From assembly GCF_006345805.1 (NCBI RefSeq), contig NC_043014.1:8308001-8372000 (forward strand): a stretch of 64,000 nt of DNA. The letters are read 5' to 3'. This DNA is from Octopus sinensis (taxonomy: Eukaryota). This document shows, piece by piece, positions 11,209 through 24,282 of this stretch (its first letter is position 1; every line of letters begins with the position of its first letter). The translations under genes and the position numbers were made by a program. The notes beneath the pieces were generated by a model that was not told the origin of the DNA, ran no database searches, and saw only the letters and a program-made list of their open reading frames with translations.

Positions 11209-13625
11209 GAACATCTTTCATAATATAGGTTTTACTCAATCAATCAAGGCTAAAACAGGATTTTAAGGTATGATTTGTATAAAACCTCAATAGACGTCAT
11301 TGATTGGTTGAAATTGAAGAAAAACAACAACAAATATCTTACAAACTCTAGAATTTTCTCAATAAAGCCAAGAGAAAAAGATGTTTTATAAACACATTCT
11401 ACCAGTATACAAAGTTTAAAAGTGTTTAGTTACGTGGAAATTATTTTAAAAAACTGCCGTTCAAACCGAAAAGATCCGAACATCTTTCATAATATAGGTT
11501 TTACTCAATCAATCAAGGCTAAAACAGGATTTTAAGGTATGATTTGTATAAAACCTCAATAGACGTCATTGATTGGTTGAAATTGAAGAAAAACAACAAC
11601 AAATATCTTACAAACTATAGAATTTTCTCAATAAAGCCAAGAGAAAAAGATGTTTTATAAACACATTCTACCAGTATACAAAGTTTAAAAGTGTTTAGTT
11701 ACGTGGAAATTATTTTAAAAAACTGCCGTTCAAACGAAAAGATCCGAACATCTTTCATAATATAGGTTTTACTCAATCAATCAAGGCTAAAACAGGATTT
11801 TAAGGTATGATTTGTATAAAACCTCAATAGACGTCATTGATTGGTTGAAATTGAAGAAAAAACAACAACAAATATCTTACAAACTCTAGAATTTTCTCAA
11901 TAAAGCCAAGAGAAAAAGATGTTTTATAAACACATTCTACCAGTATACAAAGTTTAAAAGTGTTTAGTTACGTGGAAATTATTTTAAAAAACTGCCGTTC
12001 AAACCGAAAAGATCCGAACATCTTTCATAATATAGGTTTTACTCAATCAATCAAGGCTAAAACAGGATTTTAAGGTATGATTTGTATAAAACCTCAATAG
12101 ACGTCATTGATTGGTTGAAATTGAAGAAAAACAACAACAAATATCTTACAAACTCTAGAATTTTCTCAATAAAGCCAAGAGAAAAAGATGTTTTATAAAC
12201 ACATTCTACCAGTATACAAAGTTTAAAAGTGTTTAGTTACGTGGAAATTATTTTAAAAAACTGCCGTTCAAACCGAAAAGATCCGAACATCTTTCATAAT
12301 ATAGGTTTTACTCAATCAATCAAGGCTAAAACAGGATTTTAAGGTATGATTTGTATAAAACCTCAATAGACGTCATTGATTGGTTGAAATTGAAGAAAAA
12401 CAACAACAAATATCTTACAAACTATAGAATTTTCTCAATAAAGCCAAGAGAAAAAGATGTTTTATAAACACATTCTACCAGTATACAAAGTTTAAAAGTG
12501 TTTAGTTACGTGGAAATTATTTTAAAAAACTGCCGTTCAAACCGAAAAGATCCGAACATCTTTCATAATATAGGTTTTACTCAATCAATCAAGGCTAAAA
12601 CAGGATTTTAAGGTATGATTTGTATAAAACCTCAATAGACGTCATTGATTGGTTGAAATTGAAGAAAAACAACAACAAATATCTTACAAACTATAGAATT
12701 TTCTCAATAAAGCCAAGAGAAAAAGATGTTTTATAAACACATTCTACCAGTATACAAAGTTTAAAAGTGTTTAGTTACGTGGAAATTATTTTAAAAAACT
12801 GCCGTTCAAACCGAAAAGATCCGAACATCTTTCATAATATAGGTTTTACTCAATCAATCAAGGCTAAAACAGGATTTTAAGGTATGATTTGTATAAAACC
12901 TCAATAGACGTCATTGATTGGTTGAAATTGAAGAAAAACAACAACAAATATCTTACAAACTCTAGAATTTTCTCAATAAAGCCAAGAGAAAAAGATGTTT
13001 TATAAACACATTCTACCAGTATACGAAGTTTAAAAGTGTTTAGTTACGTGGAAATTATTTTAAAAAACTGCCGTTCAAACCGAAAAGATCCGAACATCTT
13101 TCATAATATAGGTTTTACTCAATCAATCAAGGCTAAAACAGGATTTTAAGGTATGATTTGTATAAAACCTCAATAGACGTCATTGATTGGTTGAAATTGA
13201 AGAAAAACAACAACAAATATCTTACAAACTCTAGAATTTTCTCAATAAAGCCAAGAGAAAAAGATGTTTTATAAACACATTCTACCAGTATACGAAGTTT
13301 AAAAGTGTTTAGTTACGTGGAATTATTTTAAAAAACTGCCGTTCAAACCGAAAAGATCCGAACATCTTTCATAATATAGGTTTTACTCAATCAATCAAGG
13401 CTAAAACAGGATTTTAAGGTATGATTTGTATAGAACCTCAATAGACGTCATTGATTGGTTGAAATTGAAGAAAAACAACAACAAATATCTTACAAACTCT
13501 AGAATTTTCTCAATAAAGCCAAGAGAAAAAGATGTTTTATAAACACATTCTACCAGTATACGAAGTTTAAAAGTGTTTAGTTACGTGGAAATTTTAAAAA
13601 ACTGCCGTTCAAACCGAAAAGATCC
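11209..13625. repeat. Tandem array, 9 units of about 269 bp (MITE 3' half plus right flank)
   Basis: AAAGATCC ends at 11477, 11745, 12015, 12284, 12553, 12822, 13091, 13359 and 13625; units near-identical. Confidence 0.97.
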
Positions 13626-13699
13626 GAACGTCTTTCATAATAATATAGATCTACTCAATCAATCAAGGCTAAAACAAGGATTTTAAGGTATGATTTGTA

Positions 13700-14028
13700 T
13701 TGAACTTGGCTGTTGTTTCTAGCGGATCGATCGAGTGCGTAGGTAGAGGCACACCGTCGTTGGCTAGAAATGTTTAGGTCAACCGTGATTGCTGTCACAA
13801 GGCCAAACACAGATCCACACACATAGAACAAGCATACGAAGCCAAGCAAGCAACGTCGCCAGAGCTCTCTAACATAAGAGTAGCGAACAGCCAACGACGT
13901 GCAAATGACGTCATGTGTGTTATGGCGACTGTCAACCGACTTTGTGACTCCTTCGTTGTCTTGTTATTTATTTAACTACTCACGCTATGCATAAACTCTT
14001 CCTCGACAAGAGTTTGCTTCAGGTAAGT
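13700..14028 (+). promoter_or_regulatory. Candidate CpG-rich promoter and non-coding first exon
   Basis: Unique CpG-rich stretch, palindromic CRE TGACGTCA at 13906-13913, ATGGCG at 13922 (16-codon ORF only), consensus donor CAG|GTAAGT at 14020-14028. Confidence 0.4.
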
Positions 14029-14909
14029 TCCGAACCAAAAAAAATGAAACATTTTATTTTCGACTTTTTATTGTTGTTGTTGGTGTTTTTTTAAAAAAAT
14101 ATTTAAATGTATTTACCTATTACATTGTTGACTGTATTACACTAAGTTATGTATTTTCGCTTTCTTTATCTCTAAGAAATATGTCTTTGAGATAAAGAGA
14201 GTAAGAGAGAGAAAGAAACTAAGCTAGAGAGAGAGAGAGAGAGAGAAAGAAACTAAGCTAGAGTGTGAGTGAAAGAGAGAGAAAGAAAAGCTGTACTAGA
14301 GTGTGAGTGAAGGAGAGAGAGAGAGAGAAAAACTGAGACAGTGAGAGAGTGAAAGGGAGATAGAATGGTGTAGAGGTGTGAGTGTGACGGACAGCTGCTT
14401 CGTTCTCTCTGTTTAGTATTACTCTATCTCTCTCTCCCTCCCCTGTCTCTGTGTATGTCTGTCTCTCTCCCTCCCCCTCTCTCGCTGTCTGCCTGTCTCT
14501 CTCTACCTCCCCCTCTCTCACGGTCTGTCTGTCTCTCTCTCTCTCTCATTACGTTAACTCTGTTTATGTGTGGATGGCGAAGTCTTTTAAAATAACAAAA
14601 AGTCACCCGCAGAAGAATAAACTGTGACTTTGGTGGCTGCTGTTAAATGACAATCAGATTAACTATGCTGAAGCCACTTCTTCCTCTTTTAATAAATTAC
14701 CCTTCTGATTAAAAGAGAAATGGACAATGCGTTTTTATCATTTTCTTATTTATAGGAAAAGACAAAGGAGTCGGCGAGAATCGATTGAGCGTCGAACAAG
14801 AGAGATGCTTTCTCGGTATTTTCAGTTTGCCGTTTTATGTTGTTCTGAGTTCAAATCGAGCCCGGATCTAGTCTTTCTGGTGGAGGATGGAATCGATAAA
14901 ATAAGTACC

Positions 14910-15280
14910 TATTTCTTTATTGCCCACAAGGACAGACATAGGTATTAAGTGCATAACTGGTACTTAATTTATCGACCCCGAAAGGATGAAAGGCAAAGTC
15001 GACCTCGGCGGAATTTGAACTCAGAACGTAAAGACAGACGAAATACCTATTTCTTTATTACCCACAAGGGGCTAAACACAGAGCGGACAAACAAGGACAG
15101 ACATAGGTATTAAGTCGATTACATCGACTCCAGTGCATAACTGGTACTTAATTTATCGACCCCGAAAGGATGAAAGGCAAAGTCGACCTCGGTGGAATTT
15201 GAACTCAGAACGTAACGGCAGACGGAATACCGCTAAGCATTTCGCCTGGCATGCTAACATTTTTGCCACCTCACCACCTC
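14910..15280 (-). mobile_element. SINE family B dimer (184-bp period)
   Basis: AAAGGATGAAAGGCAAAGTCGACCTCGG at 14981 and 15165; further copy on + at about 15320-15485. Confidence 0.85.
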
Positions 15281-17706
15281 GATAAAATAAGTACCAGGCA
15301 TGTACCAGGGTCACTTTAATCGACTATATATTCTTGGCCGAGGTCGACTTTGCCTTTCATCCTTTCGGGGTCGATAAATAAAAGTACCAGTTTCGCACTG
15401 GGGGGTCGATATAATCGACTTAATCCCTTTGTCTGTCCTTGTTTGTCCTCTCTATGTTTAGCCCCTTGTGGGCAATAAAGAAATATATATATTCTTGTCA
15501 TACAAAATGTTGGCCTGGTGCCAATGTCAGAAAACATGTTTAGATCCAGGGATAACAATAGTCTTCGCTTCATCGTAAATAACCCAGCTTTTTGCTTCCC
15601 GCAGTTGTTTAGATGTTGTTTAACCAACTGCTTTGCAGGGTCATCATTGTCACCACTGCATCACCATTATTTAATGATTGCGGCTTGTCATGGTTCTCTT
15701 GTCAACCAGGTCAGCTACGAATAAGTAAACTTCTTATCAAAGACATTCTAGCCGTGGCCACCTCGATTTTTTTTTTTTTACTGGTGTCTGCGATTATTTA
15801 CTTCATCTCAATAGTTCCCTTTTCTAAGACAGCAGGATGTAATTTAGGAGAGATTTGGTTGCTATTCCTAGCAGGTTGGGCGACTGCGCAGAGGCTCCCT
15901 CCTTGGTCATACATATTTTAATTGTTTGCTGATGAATTAATTAGTCAGTTTTATGAATGCGTAGAGATAAACCCCTCTGTAGACCCTTTGGTAATGACCA
16001 GCCACTCCACCTTGTTAGAATCTCCTCTCAGTTTCATCTCATTTAGAAAAACATGAATGTTATGGTCCCTCAATATCTTCCCATTAGATATATTTATATT
16101 TACCTGGAGCTTTAGGTATATGTAATGAATCACACACGTGTGTGTGTGAACTACCTTACTCCAAGTGATGCGAAAATGAAATACAAATTATGAAATGCGA
16201 AACATCCATCCCTGTTTATTATTTTCTTTTCTTTAATTCTATGTCAACCATAATCAAGCAGTTCTGAGATCAAAGCCATTCTAACCGTGACCATTCTGTC
16301 CATCATCATCATCATCATTATTATTATTTCAAGCAGTGTCTAGTCTAATGTATTCATCCTATTTCTAGATAGTTTAATTTGAATGAGATTTTGCTGCTCT
16401 TTCTAGCAGATCGAATGACCGCCTGACAGAGGCTCTCTTCGGTTGTTGTTTCGCTTCGGATCAGCTTTCATCAAACTAATCTATGATCAAAAGTTGTCCA
16501 GCCATGACCATCTCGTATTCTAAGGGTAACTAGGACATTATCTAATGTATGTTTTTTTTCCCCCCTCATCTTAAACGATGGGAAAATTTTGAGGAAAATT
16601 TTGCTACTATTTCTGCTCATTGGCTGTTTCGATGTGTCGACAGATTAATTAATTACAACGTGTTTTAATTATACATACTACCAGCCTTGACTTTAGAGTA
16701 ATAGTAATAAAAATAAAAATTATCTGAGGGTAGTAAATAGCACAATCGGTAGAGCGCTTGACATTAATGAAATGCGTCATGTTATTTATGTTCTGAGTTC
16801 AAACCCAGCTGAGTTCAACTTCACTCTCTCGACTATACATTTGTAACCTTGTGTCTGTGTTAGAAGCGAAATGACGGTGGGACAGTGCCAAACACCCCCC
16901 ACACTGATTCTTAATAAAGACCGCGCTGGGTCTTTTGAAGAGTTTATGCACCATAAAACGAAAGGGGCTCCGCACAACTTGGCTGATCGAAAGAAAAAAA
17001 ATGCACGAAGCTACTTTTTGTACGTTCGGGTAGGACCAGTGTAAGGTGAGCTTTGGTGGCGGTTTCTCACCTGTGTATGGTGCGGGAGTTTACCTATATT
17101 TCTATTTATTTACATTCATTGATTTATATTTTTCTAAAATCTGTCTGTTATTCTGTGTATTATTTTTGTCCAATTTTTACCTTGCCCCTATGTATGTATC
17201 TCATAACAGCTTTGCTTTATTTGTTGTCTTTATATAACTACGTATTTGTATTCCTCCACACGACCCGTTTTATTACCTTTTCGGTTACACGTTTTGTATT
17301 CTTGAATGAGCCCTGATTACAAAAAGCAAGAAAAATTAAAAAATCACCATCATCATCATTATTATGAACTAATGAAATGGCAGAAAAACAGCGTTGGTCC
17401 AGAGGCCATCTGTATTTTATTGTTATTTCTCCTCAGGTCATCTCTGATCGAAATGAAACAACTGTGACAATCCTGTCCTTTTGCATATCACAGACTACAT
17501 TGTAGCCTCTATTTTAAGACTGTAATTCAATTGAAGTTTGGTTGCTATTTCTAGTAGGTCGAGTGTCTGTGTAGATGGTCTCACGTTGGCCCTCTACATT
17601 CAAATTTCGAATTTCGCCGAAGTCGACATTACTTTTTCCATTTCCTGGATCTATAAAAAATACATACATACATATACATATATATATATATATATATCAG
17701 TCAACT

Positions 17707-17803
17707 GGCGAAATTAAAGAATACGCACACCCAGTGGTTAGGGTTAGGGCCAGGGTTTTTGTTACGCCGAAAACAGGTGGTGTACGTATTCTTTACCTCC
17801 GCC
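17707..17803. mobile_element. 97-bp Mutator-like MITE
   Basis: 25-bp imperfect TIRs starting GGCG, exact 9-bp flanking direct repeat CAGTCAACT (17698-17706 and 17804-17812), central GTTAGGGTTAGGG. Confidence 0.8.
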
Positions 17804-18959
17804 CAGTCAACTATAGAATGCAGTCATCTTATACGTTCACCTTACAAAATTCTGATTTTGTATCTGTATAAATAATTAATCATTATTCTAACCAAAACAA
17901 TGATGTCCATTATCTTCGTTATATTTATTCGTTCATCCGCTTCCTTGGATGTGACACAGAGGCGAGCACATTCTGACAACTTGTTTCGAAATACAGATGT
18001 TGTAAACAAATTATCCTTAAAAGTTGGCGGAAAGAGTGAATATATAATATAGTCATTTGATGTGATCGGCTCTAGCGCCTGATTGATCCCTTTACATTGT
18101 CAACCCCAGATAGTTGTAAAAACAAGGTCGAATCTCTCCGGGGTCGATCAGGGTTGTCATCTTTCTGAGGTTGATAAACAGATTACCTGTCAAATGCTGG
18201 TGTTTTTATCCTTTCTTTCAGCCGGTGGAGCGCTTGACTGTGATTGTCTGTTTGCATCTTAAATTCAAATCCCACCGGAGTGGAGTTTTCATAGATGCTT
18301 AGTATAGAATTACTCGGTAGAGTCTTTAGAGCGTCGCTATATTCGTTCCAGTTCTCTACACGCTACACGAAGTTCAAAACCTGTCGTGGTCAACTTTTGT
18401 CTTTTATCCTTTCGGGGTCGATAAATCAACTACAAGTCCAGATCTGATAACGAGTCTTCTCTCTCTCTCTGAAATCGGCAACAGTCGTACCTAAAGAGGA
18501 ATGGGTTACGATTGAACCCTTCCGACCTCATCAAGGCAAAGATAAAATGCCTTTCGCTATTTGTCCTAATTCCGCGCTCTGAATTCAAATGTCACCATGG
18601 TCATCTTTGCCATTCATCATTTTTGGGATCCAGTTCTTTACGTTCTGAGTTAACGGAGAGTAGATTTAATCCATTGCCCTGTTTAACATTATTCCTTGGG
18701 TATTCCTGCGGAGTTCACTCTGTTGAATATATTCCGAACAAGTTATCTGGTTTGAAGATAATTTCGTTTCTTTTCTTTCCTTCATGTATGTTACGAATGT
18801 CTATAAAATAAATACCTGTAATATATTGCTGCATCGATTTAATCTTATGTATTTTATGGCTATCACTGAAGATGTTTAGCCTTCTGCCAATATCAGAAAT
18901 CGTTATCATTGTTTTGTGTTGTTGCTGTGTGTGACACTATATACTTAGTTACGAAAGTG

Positions 18960-19207
18960 GGGCAGGAGGAGATGGAAAATATACGTGATAAGAAGTCACC
19001 AATTAGGGTTAAAATAATGTGCCCAGCTCTAATGTTTGCTGCAATTCGAATTGCTAAAGTTAGAGGTTGAACCCTAACACTTATAATTTCAATTAGAGGC
19101 AAAAGGGGGATTAGAAATGAAGGGGTACCTGAAGGTAAGAGGGATGCAAGAGATGAATATCTATTGTTGTGGTAGGATGAAATAATTAATCTAAATCATA
19201 GGGGGAA
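18960..19207 (-). pseudogene. atp6: NUMT: fragment of mitochondrial ATP synthase F0 subunit a
   Basis: In the invertebrate mitochondrial code (TGA=W, AGA=S) the minus strand reads FPLWFSLIISSYHNNSYSSLASLLPSGTPSFLIPLLPLIEIMSVSVQPLTLAIRIAANISAGHIILTLIGDFLS, carrying the ATP6 signature P..L..R..AN..AGH. Confidence 0.9.
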
Positions 19208-20519
19208 AGAGAGAGAGAAAGATACAGCTAAGTGACTACAGGCGACAGAAGACAAAAAAAAAAGTAAGAAAGAGGGAGAGAGAAACAAGGAGGAGGGAGA
19301 GATTGTCTTCCTATGAAGTTTTGTTACAAAGAAAACAAAATGTTCAGTCAGCTGTTTTATCGTTTGAAATTTCTTCGCCGACAGTCAACTCGAAACAGCG
19401 ATCCGTGTATGTGCGCGCGTTGGCATATGTTTATGTGTGAGTAAGAGACCAAGAGAGAAAGATTCTTTCGGGTTCATTCATACTAGACTGTTTGATAATC
19501 TAATCAATTAGAGTTGTTAAGAAAGAAAGCAATTTTTCCTGTCATTTTTCTGTTTAACATTTTTAAGCACACACATACACAGAGGTATGTATACGCACAA
19601 ATCATAATTAACGGAATATCAGATTTTGCAGATCTTTATTATTCCTTTTTCTTTACACTACTCGTGCGGGGTCGTTCGTTGCCTCTGGGATTGATGATAC
19701 CGGCAATGTGTTTAGGATCAAGTTTGGAGGTGGTTGACTAAGTCCTTCGTTTAGTTTAACGACGTCTACTTCTTAGTTCTTGAATGCTTTTTAGCAGAAT
19801 CCACGCTGTTGCATTCTACACTGGATTCCGACCTTATTGTGTCTGGAAAAAAAAAAGTGATTATCGATAATTAAAAAGAAAAATTAAATCAGCAACACTT
19901 CTCTACTTCTGTGCAAGCTTTCTGTTATGGAAATCATCAACATCATCATCAGTAGTAGTAGTAGTAGTAGTATGCCACTGTGACCACTACTACTGTTGGT
20001 GTGTTTTCTTTCCCCCCGGCACTCAGGCTGCACTACACGTTCCGTGTACTGAGGTATTGACAATATCAACATCATCATCATTATCGTCATTGATGTTAAT
20101 TAGTAAGTTACTCGTATTTGTTTTCTCCATTATTTTTTAAAATTTTGTTTTTGAAATCGTTATCGCAGTTCAAATCCCGTCGAGTACTTTGCTTTTTATT
20201 CCTTAGGAGGCCGATAATTAGAAGTGCCATTTAAATAAGGCACGGACAACCTTGTCCGAAAATCGACCCGCATGAAACAGGGCCCACCATCGGACGGGCC
20301 GCTCCACTAAAAAAATAATTAATTAACGTTATTTTCCTCGGGAAATTGCGTGTTTTAATTAGAAAGTCCCGCTAAGCAGAATTTGCCCACGATATTTAAA
20401 TACTGCGGTGAATTTAATCAACTTTTACATCCACTTACCCCCATCCACCAAATCCCTCGCTTTGTGCCTATGCAAGGTTATTATTTGAGCGGTAGAGTAT
20501 TAGAACCACGAGGCAAAAT

Positions 20520-21080
20520 TTTTAGTTGTTATTTCTTTCAGTTTTACGTTCTGAGTTCAAATTCCGTTGAGGTCGACATAGATTTCGCCCTCTTGAGGTC
20601 GATAAAATAAAGAACCACTCAAGAATTGAGGGGTCAAAAATTGCTGTCCTTGTACCAAAATTTGAATGAATGTCCGTCTTTACATTCTGAGTTCAAATTT
20701 TGCCTTTCATCCATCGGGTCGTTGAGATAACTAACTACCAGTTGAGCACTAGGTTCGATGTAATCGACTAGTATCTTCCCCCGAAATTTTGGGCCTTAAG
20801 CCTACAGTAAAAAGGATTATTATCATTATTAAGGCGACGAGGTGACAGAATCATTAGCATGCCGGACTAAATGCTAAGCAGCATTTCTTCCGGCTTTGTG
20901 TTCTGAGTTTAGATTCTGGCAAGGTCGACTTTCCTTTGATCCTTTCGGAGTTGAGAAAATAGATACCAGTTGACCACTAGGGTCTATGTAATCGACTAGA
21001 CCCCACTCTTACTTCCCATCCACCAAAACAATTCAGGCCTTGTGCCTATAGCAAGTAGACAGAATTATTATTGTTGTTTT
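20520..21080 (+). mobile_element. Train of decayed SINE family B copies joined by (ATT)n
   Basis: Three successive B-box/TTTCATCC/GTCGATGTAATCGAC blocks; junction AAAGGATTATTATCATTATTAAGGCGACGAG. Confidence 0.7.
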
Positions 21081-21684
21081 TGCTGTCATTATTGGTCTTC
21101 TCGGTTTAGTATTTTCCCTTTCTTTTACTCTTGTGAAGTCTTCTTACTATCAACCAGCTTCTTTGATAAACGGTCCGCTGGTGGGCATAATATGCGACCT
21201 AGATTTGAACTAAAGTTGTTTACTGTTTCGTGTCGCCTGCTCCGACTCTGAATGTGTTATTTTCTTTTGACTCGTGCATATGCATTGCGGAATTCCCTCC
21301 CCCTTACACCTACTAAAAACTAAATTGACTGAAAAATGACTTGACTACCACACGCACACACACACACATATGCAAGATACATATAATTGCATTTGTGTAT
21401 GTGTGTACACTGACCTATTGTGTGTGTTTTTGTGTTTGTCTCTCACCTCTTGACAACTGCTGTTGGTTTGTTTACGTCCATATAACTTAGCAACTCAACA
21501 ATTCATTTGTTTATAGGTTAATTAGTTAACTAGTTGAGTAGAAATAAAAGCAGTGTTTGTGCTTTTATGTAAAATTAACCTCACAAGCTGTAAACACACA
21601 CACACACACACACACATATGTATGTATAATACTTGTATATGCATGTATTATTTATGTCTTACATATGCATTTATTTATATATTT

Positions 21685-21895
21685 ATTTACTGCCCACAAG
21701 GGGCTAAACATAGAGGGGACAAACAAGGACAGACAAATGGATTAAGTCGATTACATCGACCCCAGTGCAAAACTGGTACTTTATTTATCGACCCCGAAAG
21801 GACAAGTCGACCTCGGCAGAATTTGAACTCACAACGTAACAACAGACGAAATACCACTAAGCATTTCGCCCGGTGTGCTAACATTTCTGCCAGCA
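21685..21895 (-). mobile_element. SINE family B
   Basis: CCCACAAGGGGCTAAACA...GAATTTGAACTC...AAGCATTTCGCCCGG. Confidence 0.85.
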
Positions 21896-23373
21896 ATATA
21901 AAGTAATTACTTTATTTTTCATAATTTTTTCTTTTTGAAAGATAAGTGCGTGCCCTCTGTAGGGTTTGTGAACTCCAAGGCATAGTAACTCCAAATGATA
22001 TTTATATATCAACATCTTATGTTGATATATAAATAAAAAAAAACTTTTGTTACAAATGTAATTTAAGATCCTTTAATGATTGAATTATTTTTTTTCTTAC
22101 TGCTATATTTCAATGCCAGTACTACTTGATTGGAACCCATGCCGATGGCATGTAAAAGGCACCATTCAAGCATGGCTGATGCCAGTGCCGACGCCAGCAC
22201 CCACTACACACTCGGAATGGTTGGTATTAATTAGGAAGGGCATCTAGCAGTAGAAACCCTGCCAAATCAGATTGGAGCCTGGTGCAGCCTGCCAGTTCTC
22301 AGTCAAACCGTCCAACCCATGCCAGCGTGGAAAGTGGATGTCAAATGACGACAACGATATTGTCTTGCCCTTAGACAACTCTGAATGAGCAGGTCTATGA
22401 TCCGGGGCCAGGGCCCTGACCATCCCCTCTCTTTGTATATCAAAGATATTATGCAATGTATTCTTCCTTATTTCAGGTAGATTGTGACTGGAGAAAATTC
22501 GGTTACAGTTTCTTGTAGGCGGAATGAACGCATAGGGTCTACGTCATTTATTTGGCATGTTTTATAAACTATGTTGCACGCACAGACATTCATATATGCA
22601 TATACGTGGGCAAACAGTCATGCCCAAAAGTTCAAATCACATCGAAGTCAAATTTCAAACTCTCCTGAGGTCAGTAAGTTAAAGTATCAGTCAAGTAAGA
22701 GAGCTGATAGTCTTGACTACTCTGCTTCCTGAAATTTAAGACATAACAACAGCCACAATCAACGTATACATAGACAGACACTACACATATGCGTATTTGT
22801 ATGCATGCATGCATACACTCTCTCAAATAAGTTGTGTATGTGTTAAGAGGTGATATTACATTTTTTTAAAAAGTGCTAATTAAGGAATTTATAATATAAA
22901 ACAATTGATTATGTGTGTTTGTGTACTCTCATAACTTCCATAAGCCTCCATTCCTGCCATGACCTCCACCTATTTCAAGTCCAGACTCGAGGAATTGAGC
23001 TTAGGACAGTGAGAATGAACTGTCAATGTGAGAGCCAGAGACGAAAACACTAAGGTTTTCAAGCCAGCAATGGGTAAAATTGTACACTGAAGGTACTAAT
23101 GTAATTCCAATTGTCAATGAAGTACTGTAGATTAAACATGAACTTTGAGTTTTACATGTTTTACAGCCTTTGGCAAAGTTCTGTAAGAAATTTAAAAGTA
23201 CTGAAACTGACAGGTCAGGATACGTCCTGTTATATAAAGATACATGAGTAAGGATGTTATTGCTGAACACGGACATGTAGTAACCTGTATTACCATGAAG
23301 ATGCATACACGTATATGTTCATATGTATATGCATGACATGCATGTCTACATATATGTATTCATATATTATATG

Positions 23374-23433
<60 letters not shown>

Positions 23434-23499
23434 GTGTGCATGTATATTTATATAAAGTGTATGTGTATATATCACATGATCACCAGTTTTTCAGATGTT

Positions 23500-23745
23500 G
23501 CTACACATCGCTGGTGACAAAGCGTTTGCATTGTTTTAGCCTTCGAACGACGCAGGAAGGCTAAAACAAGCGAGCAGGTCAACAGAAGAAAGAGTGGTGA
23601 AAGAGTACAGCAGGGATCACCGCCCCCTGCCAGAGCCTCGTGGAGCTTTTAGGTGTTTTCGCTCAATAAACACACACAACGCCCAGTCTGAGAATCGAAA
23701 CCACGAGTCCGCTGCCCTAACCACTGGGCCATTGCACCTCCACAT
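23500..23745 (-). mobile_element. SINE family C with tail type 2
   Basis: Family C head plus GAAGGCTAAAACAATGCAAA...GCGATGTGTAGCAACATCTGA tail, shared with 55227-55495 (+). Confidence 0.75.
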
Positions 23746-23759
23746 GTGTGTGTATATAT

Positions 23760-23824
<65 letters not shown>

Positions 23825-24115
23825 CTGTTGTGTCTGAGGAGAATCATTCTCTTCTTGTGCCTTATAATTTTACACACTCTCTGGTAAAATTTTCATTGCG
23901 TCTTGTAACCTTTTCAATAGTCTTGACTATTGAAAAGGTTGCAAGATGCAACAAAAATTTTAGGAAAATAAAAATGAGAAATAAGTGGATATTTTACTGG
24001 TGAGTGTGTTAAAAGAAAATGACTCTCCCCAGACACAACAGAATATACACATACACATATATGTATATATCAATCCATGCCAGCATGGACAATGGACGTT
24101 AAATGATTATGATAA

Positions 24116-24149
<34 letters not shown>

Positions 24150-24282
24150 ACACACAGAATAGTCATTTGTGTATCATACTTAATGTATATACATCATTGA
24201 CCGGCAAGTTACTGCAGTAGTCATCTACAGGTAATATCTCTTATAGATGTGCTTAAAAACATATGTATGTATGCATGCATGC

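Noticed and set aside
11209-13625. CRISPR or coding tandem repeat
   Set aside because: Units are near-identical 269-mers without unique spacers or ORFs and derive from a MITE.
13655-13894. 79-aa minus-strand ORF over the candidate promoter
   Set aside because: TTG start, no recognisable domain, and its end runs into the duplicated flank.
15500-16140. Possible decayed ORF on the minus strand (REAKSWVIYDEAKTIVIPGSKHVF)
   Set aside because: Looks like a TE relic, but I cannot assign a family; frames are broken.
23001-23306. 101-aa minus-strand ORF in non-repetitive DNA
   Set aside because: No motif recognised on either strand and no convincing splice signals.
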